A stretch of DNA of 64,000 nucleotides from Clostridiaceae bacterium (GTDB lineage Bacteria; Bacillota; Clostridia; Acetivibrionales; DUMC01). The notes below the pieces were generated by a model that saw nothing but the letters and a program-made list of their open reading frames with translations, searched no databases and was not told where the DNA came from. The DNA lies in assembly GCA_012840075.1 (NCBI GenBank), contig DUMC01000133.1, positions 2,792 through 66,791 of the forward strand. The letters are read 5' to 3'. A program made the translations under genes and the position numbers. Numbering within the stretch: position 1 is the stretch's first letter; the number at the start of each line of letters is the position of its first letter. Shown here piece by piece: positions 40,154-50,629 of the stretch.

Positions 40154-40201
40154 CTGACCTCATCTCATCTCGCCTCTTCTCTTCTCATCTCGTCTCTTCT
40201 T
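40154..40201 (-). promoter_or_regulatory. TRAP-type (N)AG triplet array in the trp leader
   Basis: mRNA AAG-aa-GAG-ac-GAG-au-GAG-aa-GAG-aa-GAG-gc-GAG-au-GAG-au-GAG-gu-CAG. Eight GAG plus flanking AAG and CAG, every spacer exactly 2 nt. Confidence 0.6.
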
Positions 40202-40373
40202 TTTTATTTTATAAATTTGCTTAATTTAATTAAATCAAATCTTATTAACCTATTCTAAACTCTTCATTTTAAACCAACATCAATAATTTTCTTTTTTAAC
40301 AAAACAATCTCTTTTGATTTATCAATATTTATTTTTATTATATTTATATTATATTAAAGGTATGTTGATGAGT

Positions 40374-40402
40374 ATTATAGCACACCGATTAAATGAGTGC
40401 AA
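40374..40402 (-). promoter_or_regulatory. predicted strong sigma-A promoter directed toward the trp operon
   Basis: Minus strand: TTGCAC (40402-40397), 17-nt spacer, TGC-TATAAT (extended -10, TATAAT at 40379-40374). Confidence 0.5.
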
Positions 40403-41036
40403 TATCAAATTTTATTTTTTTATTAAAATTTTATTTCCCCTCAATTGAAAAAGTAAATTCCACGCTAAAGGCACTTGATTTTGTAAATTGGCAAAAAATA
40501 TATACAAATAACTTGGTATTTGTATATGTTAAACTGAATCATATTATTCTTTATACACTGAACCTGTTCTCTCCTTGCCGCCTAGAACCGTTCTTCCTTC
40601 TATCTTTGCTAACTAGTCTCTATTATAGTGCAATCTCATACAAAGGCACAAAAATACAAATTAAATTATATGATAGTACAATTTCTATTATGGTACAGTC
40701 TCTCACAAAATAATTGATTCCACTGTAGTTTCCCATGCCTGAGCTTATTCTCATTGAGTTTCAACTAGCTGAGTTACAAAAGATTAAGCTTCTCTTGAAT
40801 AATTGGAAATCTTCCTTGCTGATGCTTTTTAAACTATCTGCCAGTTTTTTAAGCTCATCTTATGTCCTCTATTCCTCTAATTCCAATAGAAATAGCTATT
40901 GTAGATTCAACTTTTTATCCAAGTTAACTTATGTCAGAATGATATAAACCTAATGATGTCGCATATTAGCTCTTACTCCAGAGAGAAATTATGCGACAAA
41001 ACGCCATCAAAAACAGACCACATTTATGACAACGTG

Positions 41037-42599
41037 CTATAACGTATTTATTACATCAATGAGATATTTTCTTGCCAGTTGAGGATCTGCTTTACCTTTT
41101 GTCTCTTTCATCAACTGTCCCATAAGAAAGCTAAAAGACTTTTCTTTGCCGTTTTTATAGTCAGCTACTGATTTGGGATTTTGCTCTACAACTTTTTTAA
41201 CTATTTCAAGCAAATAGCTTTCATCAGTTATTATTTCCAAACATTCTTCTTTAACTATGATTTCCGGGTCTTTTCCGCTATCAAACATTTTTTCAAATAC
41301 CTTTTTGCCGGTGTTGGCATTTATAACACCTTTGTCTATCATCGTTACCAGCTTTGCAAGATACTTGGGAGAAAATGTAACATCGGATATTTCAATATTT
41401 CTGTCTTTTAAAATCCTTAGCAAATCACCCATTATCCAATTGCTTATAGCTTTTACATTAACTGTCGTTGCAACTTCAGCTATATTGTTTTCATATTTGC
41501 CTGTTTTTGATTCTCCTCTTCCTTCAGTTTTTCTATCCGCGGTTCTTGACTTCTCCCCTATTGCTTCCTCAAAAAAGTCTGAAAGCTCCCTGGAAGATGT
41601 TAATATATCTGCATCATATTCCGGCAGGTTATATTTTTTCATATATTTCTTTTTTCTGGCTTCAGGAAGTTCAGGTACGGAGCTTTTTACTCTTTCCATC
41701 CATACTTCATTGAAGATAACGGGAGGAAGATCCGGTTCCGGGAAATATCTGTAATCGTGTTCTTCTTCTTTACTTCTCATGGAATAGCTTACACCTTTTT
41801 CATCATCCCATCTCCTCGTTTCCTGGATTATTTCCCTTCCGTTTTCAACTTCCATAATTTGACGCATTATTTCAGCCTCAATTGCCCTTGAAATTGATTT
41901 AAATGAATTAAGGTTTTTGGTTTCCGTTCTTGTACCAAGATTTTTGGAGCCCTTAGGTCTTATTGAAATATTGACGTCAGCACGCAAGGAACCTTCTTGC
42001 ATTTTGCAATCCGATACATCTATAAATTGAAGGATGGACTTTAATTTTTCAAGAAAAATTATAGTTTCTTCCGCCGAGCTTAAATCAGGTTCAGTTACAA
42101 TTTCTATTAAAGGAACACCTGCCCTGTTGTAATCTGCTATGGTACGGTGTGTTAATTCATCATGAACAAGCTTTCCAGCATCTTCTTCTATGTGAATTCT
42201 CGTTATTCTGATTTTCTTTCTCCTGCCTTGAACATCGATTTCCACGTAACCTTCCCTGCATATGGGAAGATCATACTGGGATATCTGATAACCCTTAGGC
42301 AGGTCAGGATAGAAATAATTTTTTCTATCTTGTTTCGTAAAATTCAGTATTTTACAGTTCGTAGCATAACCTGCCTTCATTCCGTACTCAACAACTTTTT
42401 TATTCAAAACCGGCAATGTCCCCGGCATACCCATGCAAATGGGACAACAATGTGTATTCGGGCTGCCTCCGAATTCCGTAGTACACGAACAGAAAATCTT
42501 TGTTTTGGTAGATAGTTCCGCATGCACTTCCAGACCTATTGCAACCTCATATTTTTCGCGAAGGTAATCTAATTTTGCTTTGTCCAAATTAACACTCAT
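41037..42599 (-). CDS. gatB: Asp/Glu-tRNA amidotransferase subunit B
   Basis: 520 aa. [17 protein letters not shown]...[14 protein letters not shown]; C-terminal GatB/YqeY domain. Carries a ~40-aa charged insertion before the tail domain. Confidence 0.92.
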   Translation of the reverse strand: MSVNLDKAKLDYLREKYEVAIGLEVHAELSTKTKIFCSCTTEFGGSPNTHCCPICMGMPGTLPVLNKKVVEYGMKAGYATNCKILNFTKQDRKNYFYPDLPKGYQISQYDLPICREGYVEIDVQGRRKKIRITRIHIEEDAGKLVHDELTHRTIADYNRAGVPLIEIVTEPDLSSAEETIIFLEKLKSILQFIDVSDCKMQEGSLRADVNISIRPKGSKNLGTRTETKNLNSFKSISRAIEAEIMRQIMEVENGREIIQETRRWDDEKGVSYSMRSKEEEHDYRYFPEPDLPPVIFNEVWMERVKSSVPELPEARKKKYMKKYNLPEYDADILTSSRELSDFFEEAIGEKSRTADRKTEGRGESKTGKYENNIAEVATTVNVKAISNWIMGDLLRILKDRNIEISDVTFSPKYLAKLVTMIDKGVINANTGKKVFEKMFDSGKDPEIIVKEECLEIITDESYLLEIVKKVVEQNPKSVADYKNGKEKSFSFLMGQLMKETKGKADPQLARKYLIDVINTL

Positions 42600-44101
42600 T
42601 CCAATACCACCTTTTCAAATAAAAAAGCCGCTTTTAGTATTGTTTTTTCATCAAAATGCTTACCGATTAGCTGCAAGCCGATAGGTAGATTGTTCCTGTC
42701 TTTCCCGCAAGGTATTGATATTGCCGGCAAGCCCACAATATTTACCGGTACTGTAAATATATCTCCCATGTACATTTTTATAGGGTCATCCGTTTTTTCA
42801 CCTATTTTAAACGCAGTATCAGGTGTTACGGGACCCATTATTACATTATATTTTTCAAAAGCTTTATTAAAGTCACGGCTTATCAAAGTTCTCGCTTTGA
42901 GAGCCTTCTTATAATAAGCATCATAATAACCGGAACTGAGTACGTAGGTACCAAGCAATATCCTCCTTTTAACTTCTATTCCAAATCCTTCACTTCTCGT
43001 CGTTTTGTAAAAATCCATTAAATCTTCAAATTTTTCGGCTCTGTACCCGAATTTTATACCGTCGTATCTCGCTAGATTGGAGCTTGCTTCGGCAAAAGCG
43101 ATAATATAGTACGTTGGTATAACATATTCCATTATAGGAAGGGAAAATTCTTCGCATTCTGCACCAAGGCTCTCGAATATTTTTGCTGCTTTCAGTATAG
43201 CCTTCCTTACATCTTCATCAACACCGTCATCTATAAATTCCCTGGGGATACCAATCTTAATACCTTTAAGGATACCGCTTTTAATGCATTCATTTTCACA
43301 ACAGTATCTATTGTATAAATTATTTAGTTCTTCAGCATAGTCAGGATGTTTAAAATCACTCGATGTTGCATCGAATTCATCTTTGCCGGCTATTGCGTTA
43401 AACACTATGGCACAATCCAATACATCTTTAGTTATCGGACCTATTTGATCAAAAGAAGAAGCATATGCTACTAATCCGAATCTGGATACTGCTCCGTAAG
43501 TAGGTTTTAATCCTACTACGCCACAGTAAGATGCAGGTTGCCTGATGGAACCTCCGGTATCCGACCCCAAGGCATATACAGCTTCTCCGGCTGCCACTGC
43601 CGCTGCCGATCCACCGCTTGATCCTCCCGGAACTCTTTCAGGATCCACAGGGTTCTTTGTTATCTTAAAATATGAACTTTCAGTGGAACTTCCCATTGCA
43701 AACTCGTCCATATTTAGTTTTCCCAATAACACTGCACCGTTTTGGTATAACTTTTCAACAACCGTTGCATTATACGGCGGCACGAAATTACTAAGCATCC
43801 TGGATGCACACGTAGTCGGTATTCCCATTGTACAAATATTATCTTTCAAAGCCATAGGAATTCCCGCCAAAAGAGAATTAAACTCTCCCCTATCAATTCC
43901 TTTTTGTACTTCTTCAGCTCTTTTTAAAGCTTCTTCTTCTGTTATGGTAATATATGCTCCGATTTTGGAATCCTTTTCTTTGATCCTATTTAAGAAGTAT
44001 TTTGTAAGCTCATAAACTCCTATTTCTTTCAGCTTTATCATTCTGCTCAATTCATGTATAGTATATTGATATAATTCCACTGTTTTCACTCCATTCTCCA
44101 T
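42596..44101 (-). CDS. gatA: Asp/Glu-tRNA amidotransferase subunit A (amidase)
   Basis: Amidase signature [32 protein letters not shown]. 4-nt overlap with gatB. Confidence 0.93.
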   Translation of the reverse strand: MENGVKTVELYQYTIHELSRMIKLKEIGVYELTKYFLNRIKEKDSKIGAYITITEEEALKRAEEVQKGIDRGEFNSLLAGIPMALKDNICTMGIPTTCASRMLSNFVPPYNATVVEKLYQNGAVLLGKLNMDEFAMGSSTESSYFKITKNPVDPERVPGGSSGGSAAAVAAGEAVYALGSDTGGSIRQPASYCGVVGLKPTYGAVSRFGLVAYASSFDQIGPITKDVLDCAIVFNAIAGKDEFDATSSDFKHPDYAEELNNLYNRYCCENECIKSGILKGIKIGIPREFIDDGVDEDVRKAILKAAKIFESLGAECEEFSLPIMEYVIPTYYIIAFAEASSNLARYDGIKFGYRAEKFEDLMDFYKTTRSEGFGIEVKRRILLGTYVLSSGYYDAYYKKALKARTLISRDFNKAFEKYNVIMGPVTPDTAFKIGEKTDDPIKMYMGDIFTVPVNIVGLPAISIPCGKDRNNLPIGLQLIGKHFDEKTILKAAFLFEKVVLE

Positions 44102-44184
44102 CTCGGGGTCAGGCTTAAATTAATGAATTATTAAATTAGAAATATTCTTAGTCATGCTTTAAATCATCCGGGGCTATGTATAAT

Positions 44185-44478
44185 CTATTGTTCGAAGGTC
44201 AACCCCGGGACGATTACGTATTCTTCATTTCTTTCAGGTACGCATGCCAATAACCTGTCCCTGTCATATGATTCCCTAACCTCATCTTCCCTCAATACAT
44301 TGCTGCTCAGATTAAGGTATTCCATAGGCTCGATTTGAGAAGTATCAAGTTCACTTAGCTTATCCATGTATCGCAATATTTTATCTATATCATTTGTTAT
44401 CCGTTCAACATCTTTTTCATCGATTTTCACTCTTGCAAGATCCGATAATTTTAATATTATCTCCTTTGAAATTTTCAA
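44185..44478 (-). CDS. gatC: Asp/Glu-tRNA amidotransferase subunit C
   Basis: 97 aa; TTG start after a GGAGAAGGTGG SD. LARVKIDEKDVERITNDIDKILRYMDKLSELD. Confidence 0.85.
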   Translation of the reverse strand: MKISKEIILKLSDLARVKIDEKDVERITNDIDKILRYMDKLSELDTSQIEPMEYLNLSSNVLREDEVRESYDRDRLLACVPERNEEYVIVPGLTFEQ

Positions 44479-44707
44479 CCTGAACCACCTTCTCCCGTTA
44501 TTTCTTTTTTATTATCTTAACCATCTATTATTGGTTGTTTTTACAATTATTTATTTTTACTATTATTTTTACTATTATCTTTATACTATTTTACTTTAAT
44601 TTTAATATTGCATACCATTAAATTGCTAAACCACCATTTTATGGTTGTTTACCAAAAACTTGAATATTCTTATGTAATTCCACAAAATAAAATATAAAGA
44701 TTTACTT

Positions 44708-46198
44708 TTATGTCATTTCGATATTATTCTCTGTCTCCTGGATATTATTATTTGTTATTTCAATAGGATATCTGCCGTCAAAACATCCCGTGCACAGACC
44801 ACATCGAACACCTACAGGTGTTTTTAAAAGACCTTCAATGCTGAGATAACCTAGACTGTCAGCTTCAATCATCCGTCTTATATCTTCGGTAGGAGATGTT
44901 GATGCTACAAGTTGATTCCTAGAAGGAGTATCAATTCCAAAATGGCATGGATACTTTACAGGCGGTGAACTTATTCTCACATGCACTTCTTTTGCACCGG
45001 CACTCTTAAGCATACGAACAATTCTTCTTGTTGTAGTTCCCCTGACAATGGAATCATCAATCATTATTATTCTCTTTCCTTCAATTTCACTTCTTAAAGG
45101 ATTAAATTTAACTCTTACACTGCTGTCACGTTGTTTCTGGTTAGGTTGAATAAAAGTCCTTCCTACATAAGTGTTTTTAAATAACCCATTTCCGTAAGGT
45201 ATCCCTGATTCCATGGAATACCCTATTGCCGGAATTACTCCCGAATCAGGAACACCGATAACCAAATCTGCTTCAACAGGATGTTCTATTGCTAATCGCC
45301 TTCCTGCTTCTATTCTTGCATTGTATACACTAGAACCGTCGATTATACTATCAGGTCGTGCAAAATATACATACTCAAAAACGCATAACTTAGTATCTAC
45401 CATTTGGCCGCAATTAAATGATTTAATTCCTTCCTGCCCTATAATAATTATCTCACCCGGTTCAATATCTCTTAAAAACTATGCATTAACAGCATCCAAT
45501 GCACAAGATTCTGAAGCAAGAACATATGTTTCTTCCTCAATTTTTCCAAGGCACAAAGGTCTTATTCCATAAGGGTCCCTAACTCCTACCAAATACCCGG
45601 AAATCAGCATAACAAGTGCATAAGAACCTTTTATGTCATGCATTAATCTTATGAGGCTTTCGTGAATTTCCAAGCCGGATGAATAATATCTAAAAAGCAA
45701 TTTAAGTATTACTTCCGTATCAATAGTTGTTTGGAATATATCTCCCTTTTCCTCTAAAATTCTTCTCAATTTTACCGTATTTACAAGATTTCCATTATGT
45801 GCAAGGGCAATTTGTCCTGCCGAATAACTCATGACAAGGGGCTGTGCATTTTCTCTTAAGCTTGCACCGGTTGTCGAATAACGCACATGCCCGATTGCCA
45901 TACGACCTTTAAGGCATCGCAGGACATCTTCCCCAAAGACTTCAGGTACCAGTCCCATATCTTTGTGATAAACGATTTGACTATCAGTACCTACGGCAAT
46001 CCCGCAGCTTTCCTGTCCCCTGTGTTGAAGCGCGTAGAGACCAAAATAAGCTGTCCTGCCTATTTCGTTATTATCTCCGCGCCTGTTGTAAATACCGAAT
46101 ATACCGCATTCTTCCCTGAACTTATCAAATGCTTCACCAAACATCCCGTAATTCAAATTTTCATTATACAGGTCTAAATTAAACACACTTACTCCCAC
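44708..46198 (-). pseudogene. purF: amidophosphoribosyltransferase interrupted by a single in-frame TAG
   Basis: ORFs 45479-46198 (Ntn glutaminase half, CGIFGIY) and 44708-45403 (PRTase half, IIMIDDSIVRGTT, Fe-S Cys CGLCTGC) are in the same frame. The 25 codons between them read FLRDIEPGEIIIIGQEGIKSFNCGQ, which is normal PurF sequence. The only defect is TAG at 45481-45479. The N-terminal start is ambiguous (46198 GTG to 46144 ATG). Confidence 0.8.
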
Positions 46199-47739
46199 TC
46201 TATTGTTGCAGGTGGCTTGGTGGTTATGTCATATACCACCCTGTTTACACCTCTCACTTCATTTACAATTCTGCTCGACACCCGTGCAAGCACATCATAT
46301 GGTATTCTTGCCCAATCTGCAGTCATAAAATCAGTAGTAGTTACTGCCCTTAAGGCAATGGTATAATCATAAGTTCTTTCATCACCCATGACACCTACGC
46401 TTTTCATACCAGTGAGTATCGCAAAATACTGATTTATTTCTCCGCTAAGTCCTGCTTTTCTTATTTCCTGCGTGAAGATATAATCCGCATCCCTTAGTAT
46501 ATCCAGTTTTTCCTTTGTTACTTCACCAATTACCCTGACTGCAAGTCCCGGTCCGGGGAAAGGTTGACGGCTCACTATTTCATCAGGCAGTCCTAATTCC
46601 TTTCCTACCATTCTTACTTCATCTTTAAACAAATCCCTTAAAGGTTCTATAATTTCCTTAAAAGAGATATTCTTCGGGAGTCCTCCAACATTATGATGGC
46701 TCTTAATAACAGCCGAATTTCCTAATCCGCTTTCTATTACGTCAGGATAAATTGTTCCCTGCACAAGGTAATCAACTTGCCCAATCTTATTTGCTTCCTC
46801 TTCAAAGACCCTAATAAACTCTTCACCTATAATACGTCTCTTTTTCTCCGGATCGGTAACACCTTTTAATTTATTTAAAAACCTCTCCTGTGCATTTACC
46901 CTGATTAGGTTAATATTAAATTGTTTCTTAAATACCTCTTCAACTTGGTCACCTTCATATTTTCTAAGAAGACCGTGATCCACGAATATACATGTTAACT
47001 GATTACCTACGGCTTTTTGTACCAACACTGCAGCCACAGAGGAATCAACACCACCGGACAAGGCACACAACAGGGACTTGTTCCCTACCCTTTCTTTTAT
47101 ATTTGTTATTGACTGCTGTATAAAAGAAGACATTTCCCATTCCCCTGTGCAGCCGCATACTTCATACAAGAAGTTTTCAAGGATCTTTTTCCCTTCCAGA
47201 GTATGAGTCACTTCAGGATGGAACTGAAGACCATATAGTTTCTTTTCGGGATATTCCATTGCTGCAACCGGGCAATTTTCGGTTTTTGCAACATTGCGGA
47301 AGCCTTCCGGTAAATTATTTACATAATAGGTATGGCTCATCCAACAAGTTGTTTGTTGACTTATACCTTTAAAAAGCTTGCTGTTTTCTTCTGAATTCAG
47401 ATACAAGTTAACCTGCCCGTATTCCCTCTCTTCGCTTTTAGCAACAGAACCTCCAAGAATTGCTGCCATAAGCTGCATACCATAACAAATTCCAAGGATG
47501 GGAATGCCAAGATTGAATATTTCCTTATCACAAACCGGTGCATTCTCTTCAAGAACAGATGCAGGTCCTCCCGTAAAAATTATTCCTTTTGGATTCTTTT
47601 CCTTTATTACATTAAGAGATACATTATATGGCAAAACTTCGCAGAATACTCTCGCTTCTCTTACTCTTCTTGCAATCAGTTGATTATACTGGCCTCCGAA
47701 ATCCAACACAATTACAAATTCCTTATTCAAGAATACCAC
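46189..47739 (-). CDS. guaA: GMP synthase (glutamine-hydrolysing)
   Basis: 516 aa. [27 protein letters not shown]-loop [10 protein letters not shown]; C-terminal ...PPATIEWE. Confidence 0.94.
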   Translation of the reverse strand: MVFLNKEFVIVLDFGGQYNQLIARRVREARVFCEVLPYNVSLNVIKEKNPKGIIFTGGPASVLEENAPVCDKEIFNLGIPILGICYGMQLMAAILGGSVAKSEEREYGQVNLYLNSEENSKLFKGISQQTTCWMSHTYYVNNLPEGFRNVAKTENCPVAAMEYPEKKLYGLQFHPEVTHTLEGKKILENFLYEVCGCTGEWEMSSFIQQSITNIKERVGNKSLLCALSGGVDSSVAAVLVQKAVGNQLTCIFVDHGLLRKYEGDQVEEVFKKQFNINLIRVNAQERFLNKLKGVTDPEKKRRIIGEEFIRVFEEEANKIGQVDYLVQGTIYPDVIESGLGNSAVIKSHHNVGGLPKNISFKEIIEPLRDLFKDEVRMVGKELGLPDEIVSRQPFPGPGLAVRVIGEVTKEKLDILRDADYIFTQEIRKAGLSGEINQYFAILTGMKSVGVMGDERTYDYTIALRAVTTTDFMTADWARIPYDVLARVSSRIVNEVRGVNRVVYDITTKPPATIEWE

Positions 47740-48091
47740 CCTTTTCTATTTATCCAACTTTGTCTATATGATTTCCAAAAAACATGCAATAATTACTATA
47801 ACTTATGAACAAATCAATTTTCAAAATTTACGAGTAAATTAAGTACATTTATATATTCCATGTATTACCAAATAAATGGAATTCATCCTTTTTTTGTTTT
47901 ATTATTATAGTTTAATTATAATAAAATGTATCAATAAGTAAAGTTATATCTAATTATATTGAGTATAAATATAAGTTATATATTTTAAAATTGAATTTTG
48001 AAAATTTACTGTTTATAAACAAACATTTTATAGTATAATACCAATATAAAATTTAATTATAATTATTATGCTTTTCATAAGGGGAAGCTAT

Positions 48092-48973
48092 ATGGATATT
48101 AACCTTGAGTTATATAAAGTATTTTATTATGTAGCCAAAACCGGGAGTATCTCCAAAGCTTCGGAAGAATTATTTATATCCCAGCCTGCCGTAAGCCAGG
48201 CTATCCGAAACCTTGAAGCTAAACTTGGCGGGAAATTGTTCTTAAGAACTCCGAAGGGAACAATGCTAACCCCGGAAGGTCAGGTGCTCTTCAATTATAT
48301 AGAACCTGCCTACAACATGATTATGGTAGCTGAAAATAAATTCAGCGAAGCAATCAATCTTGGTACCGGTGAAATCCGCATAGGTGCCAGCGATATGACT
48401 TTGAAATTTTTCCTATTACCTTATTTGGAAAAATTCCACAAATTGTATCCAAAGGTAAGAATCAAGGTTACAAATGGACCTACTCCGGAAACTATCAATT
48501 TCTTAAAAACCGGAGCCATAGATTTTGGAGTTGTAAGCCTTCCTCTTTCCGATGACAGTGGTTTAGAGGCCATTAATGTGATGGAAATTCAAGATTGTTT
48601 CATAGCAAACAATAAATTTGCCAATCTCTACGGAAGAAAAATCCATCTTAAAGAACTAGCCGAATATCCTATCATTATGCTTGAAAAAAATACAAGTACG
48701 AGAAAATACATAGATAATTACCTCTCATTCTATAATGTAAAGATAATTCCTGAGATAGAGCTTGCTACCAGTGACCTTCTCGTACAGTTTGCAAGAAGAG
48801 GTTTGGGTATTTCCTGTGTTGTTAGAAATTTTGCCGAAGAAGATATTGAAAACGGTAATCTTTTTGAAGTGGATTTGATTGAAAAAATTCCACCACGGCA
48901 AATATGCATAATTAAGCTTAAAAATACTCCCTTATCCGCTGCTGCCGTTAAATTTTTCGAATTGTTGGAATAA
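48092..48973 (+). CDS. LysR-family transcriptional regulator
   Basis: ORF 48068-48973; ATG 48092 is preferred (AAGGGGA SD). wHTH YKVFYYVAKTGSISKASEELFISQPAVSQAIRNLE plus a LysR substrate-binding domain. Confidence 0.85.
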   Translation: MDINLELYKVFYYVAKTGSISKASEELFISQPAVSQAIRNLEAKLGGKLFLRTPKGTMLTPEGQVLFNYIEPAYNMIMVAENKFSEAINLGTGEIRIGASDMTLKFFLLPYLEKFHKLYPKVRIKVTNGPTPETINFLKTGAIDFGVVSLPLSDDSGLEAINVMEIQDCFIANNKFANLYGRKIHLKELAEYPIIMLEKNTSTRKYIDNYLSFYNVKIIPEIELATSDLLVQFARRGLGISCVVRNFAEEDIENGNLFEVDLIEKIPPRQICIIKLKNTPLSAAAVKFFELLE

Positions 48974-49179
48974 AATCATTCCCTGCTGCACTACCACTAC
49001 CACAGAAAAATTCAATATCTATGCAAGACCTATAGTCATAATTTACACTTATACAAAAGTTAATAATTATTAATTTTTCAAATACTCCTGATTGGAATAC
49101 AATATAGTTGTAATAATGATAACAATGAAAAACTGTCCTAAATAATATCGAAGATTTTCCAAAAAGGAGCTGTAAAGTT

Positions 49180-50454
49180 ATGGTTAAAGCCATAGTAGGT
49201 GCAAACTGGGGCGATGAAGGTAAGGGTAAAATGACTGATCTGCTGGCAGCGGAATCAGATTTTGTAATCAGATACCAAGGAGGAAGTAATGCAGGTCATA
49301 CCATAATAAATAATTACGGAAAATTTGCATTGCATTTACTGCCTTCAGGTGTTTTTTACGAGCATGTTACGAATATTCTTGGACCTGGTGTTGCGGTAAA
49401 TATCAAGACTCTTGTTTTAGAACTTGAAAACTTAAAACAAAAAAATGTTCCTCTTCCAAAACTTCTAGTATCCGAACGCGCACAAATTGTTATGCCCTGG
49501 CATGTTTTGTTCGACAAACTGGAAGAAGAGCGTTTAGGCGGAAAAAGCTTTGGATCCACCAAATCAGGAATAGCCCCCTTTTATTCCGATAAATACTACA
49601 AAGTAGGCATTCAGGTATGCGATCTCTTTTATCCCGAAATTTTGAAAGAAAAGATCGCTTCTATTTGTGAATTAAAAAATATATTATTAAAGCATTTATA
49701 TCACGCTGAGTTTTTAAATCCTAACGAAATATATGACGAGATTTCACGATATTCTGAAATAATTGAACCAATGGTTGCCGACACTACATCTTTAATTGCC
49801 AATGCGATAAAAGAAAATAAAAATATTCTTCTGGAAGGCCAATTGGGTGCCCTAAAAGATCCTGATCACGGCATATATCCTTTTACAACATCTTCCTCTC
49901 CTTTAGCCGGTTTTGCTGCAGTTGGCGCAGGAATTCCTCCGCATGAGATTAAAAATATTATCGCCGTTACGAAAGCCTATTCCAGTTGTGTAGGAGCAGG
50001 ACCATTTGTTTCTGAAATCTTCGGAGAAGAGGCTTCCACACTTCGTGAAAGGGGCGGAGATGCAGGAGAATACGGAGCTACAACCGGCCGTCCCCGAAGG
50101 ATGGGTTGGTTTGACGCTGTTGCAACACGTTACGGTTGTACAGTTCAGGGAGCGACGGAAGTTGCACTGACACTGTTGGATGTGCTTGGTTACCTGGATG
50201 AAATTCCCGTATGCATAGCATACGAAATTGAAGGTCAAATTACCGATACTTTTCCTGTCACTCATGAACTTTACAAGGCTAAGCCTGTATACAAGTATTT
50301 ACCGGGCTGGAAATGCGATATATCAAAAATTAGAAAATATGAGGATTTACCTCAAGCTGCTAAAGATTATGTATCTTTTATTGAAGATGCCGTAGGTGTA
50401 CCGATAAAATATATTTCTAACGGACCCAGACGTGATAATATAATTTTTAAATAA
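49180..50454 (+). CDS. purA: adenylosuccinate synthetase
   Basis: 424 aa after an AAAGGAG SD. GANWGDEGKGKMTDLL...GGSNAGHT...TTGRPRRMGWFD. Confidence 0.94.
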   Translation: MVKAIVGANWGDEGKGKMTDLLAAESDFVIRYQGGSNAGHTIINNYGKFALHLLPSGVFYEHVTNILGPGVAVNIKTLVLELENLKQKNVPLPKLLVSERAQIVMPWHVLFDKLEEERLGGKSFGSTKSGIAPFYSDKYYKVGIQVCDLFYPEILKEKIASICELKNILLKHLYHAEFLNPNEIYDEISRYSEIIEPMVADTTSLIANAIKENKNILLEGQLGALKDPDHGIYPFTTSSSPLAGFAAVGAGIPPHEIKNIIAVTKAYSSCVGAGPFVSEIFGEEASTLRERGGDAGEYGATTGRPRRMGWFDAVATRYGCTVQGATEVALTLLDVLGYLDEIPVCIAYEIEGQITDTFPVTHELYKAKPVYKYLPGWKCDISKIRKYEDLPQAAKDYVSFIEDAVGVPIKYISNGPRRDNIIFK

Positions 50455-50629
50455 ACTAGTTTCCTAAAATTACTTTCAAGTATGAAAATAACATGAAAAA
50501 TAATCCGAAAAATATCCAAATATATCCGTCAAATATATTACTGAGTTCTGCAAGAGTATGTAGACCTCAAATATTTAAAACAACATAAAAATAAAATAAA
50601 AATATTAAAAATTAATAAAGGATGATTTT

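Noticed and set aside
40048-40373. T-box riboswitch or Trp-codon leader peptide upstream of trpE
   Set aside because: I found no T-box sequence (no complement of the GGUGGUACCGCG-like motif), no specifier-loop architecture, no U-tract terminator and no short ORF with tandem Trp codons. The phased GAG array fits a TRAP-type mechanism instead.
40393-40947. ORF-track entries 40393-40713 (106 aa) and 40735-40947 (70 aa)
   Set aside because: They are hydrophobic, low-complexity translations of AT-rich intergenic DNA with no SD. The first would start inside the predicted trp promoter on the opposite strand. I treat the region as non-coding (see finding).
44520-44610. Short tandem repeats (tttttactatta-like) upstream of gatC
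   Set aside because: This is low-complexity AT-rich sequence. The UAG spacing on the mRNA strand is irregular (7, 7 and 12 nt), so it does not resemble the phased arrays found in the glt and trp leaders.
45479-45481. Pyrrolysine (or other programmed) decoding of the purF TAG
   Set aside because: No pyl genes, PYLIS-like context or methylamine methyltransferases are in the window, and the position aligns with an ordinary, variable residue. Mutation or sequencing error is more parsimonious. I keep it only as something to exclude.
47740-48091. Purine riboswitch upstream of guaA, and a + strand hairpin attccat...atggaat (47855-47882) followed by a T-run
   Set aside because: The minus-strand leader shows none of the conserved purine-riboswitch junction sequence (UAUAAU...CCGUAAAU-type). 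The hairpin has only a 7-bp stem with a 14-nt loop and lies 6 nt from the T-run. It is oriented on a strand with no upstream gene, so it is too weak to call.
48974-49179. Riboswitch or attenuator upstream of purA
   Set aside because: I could find no conserved riboswitch core or convincing terminator/antiterminator pair by eye.
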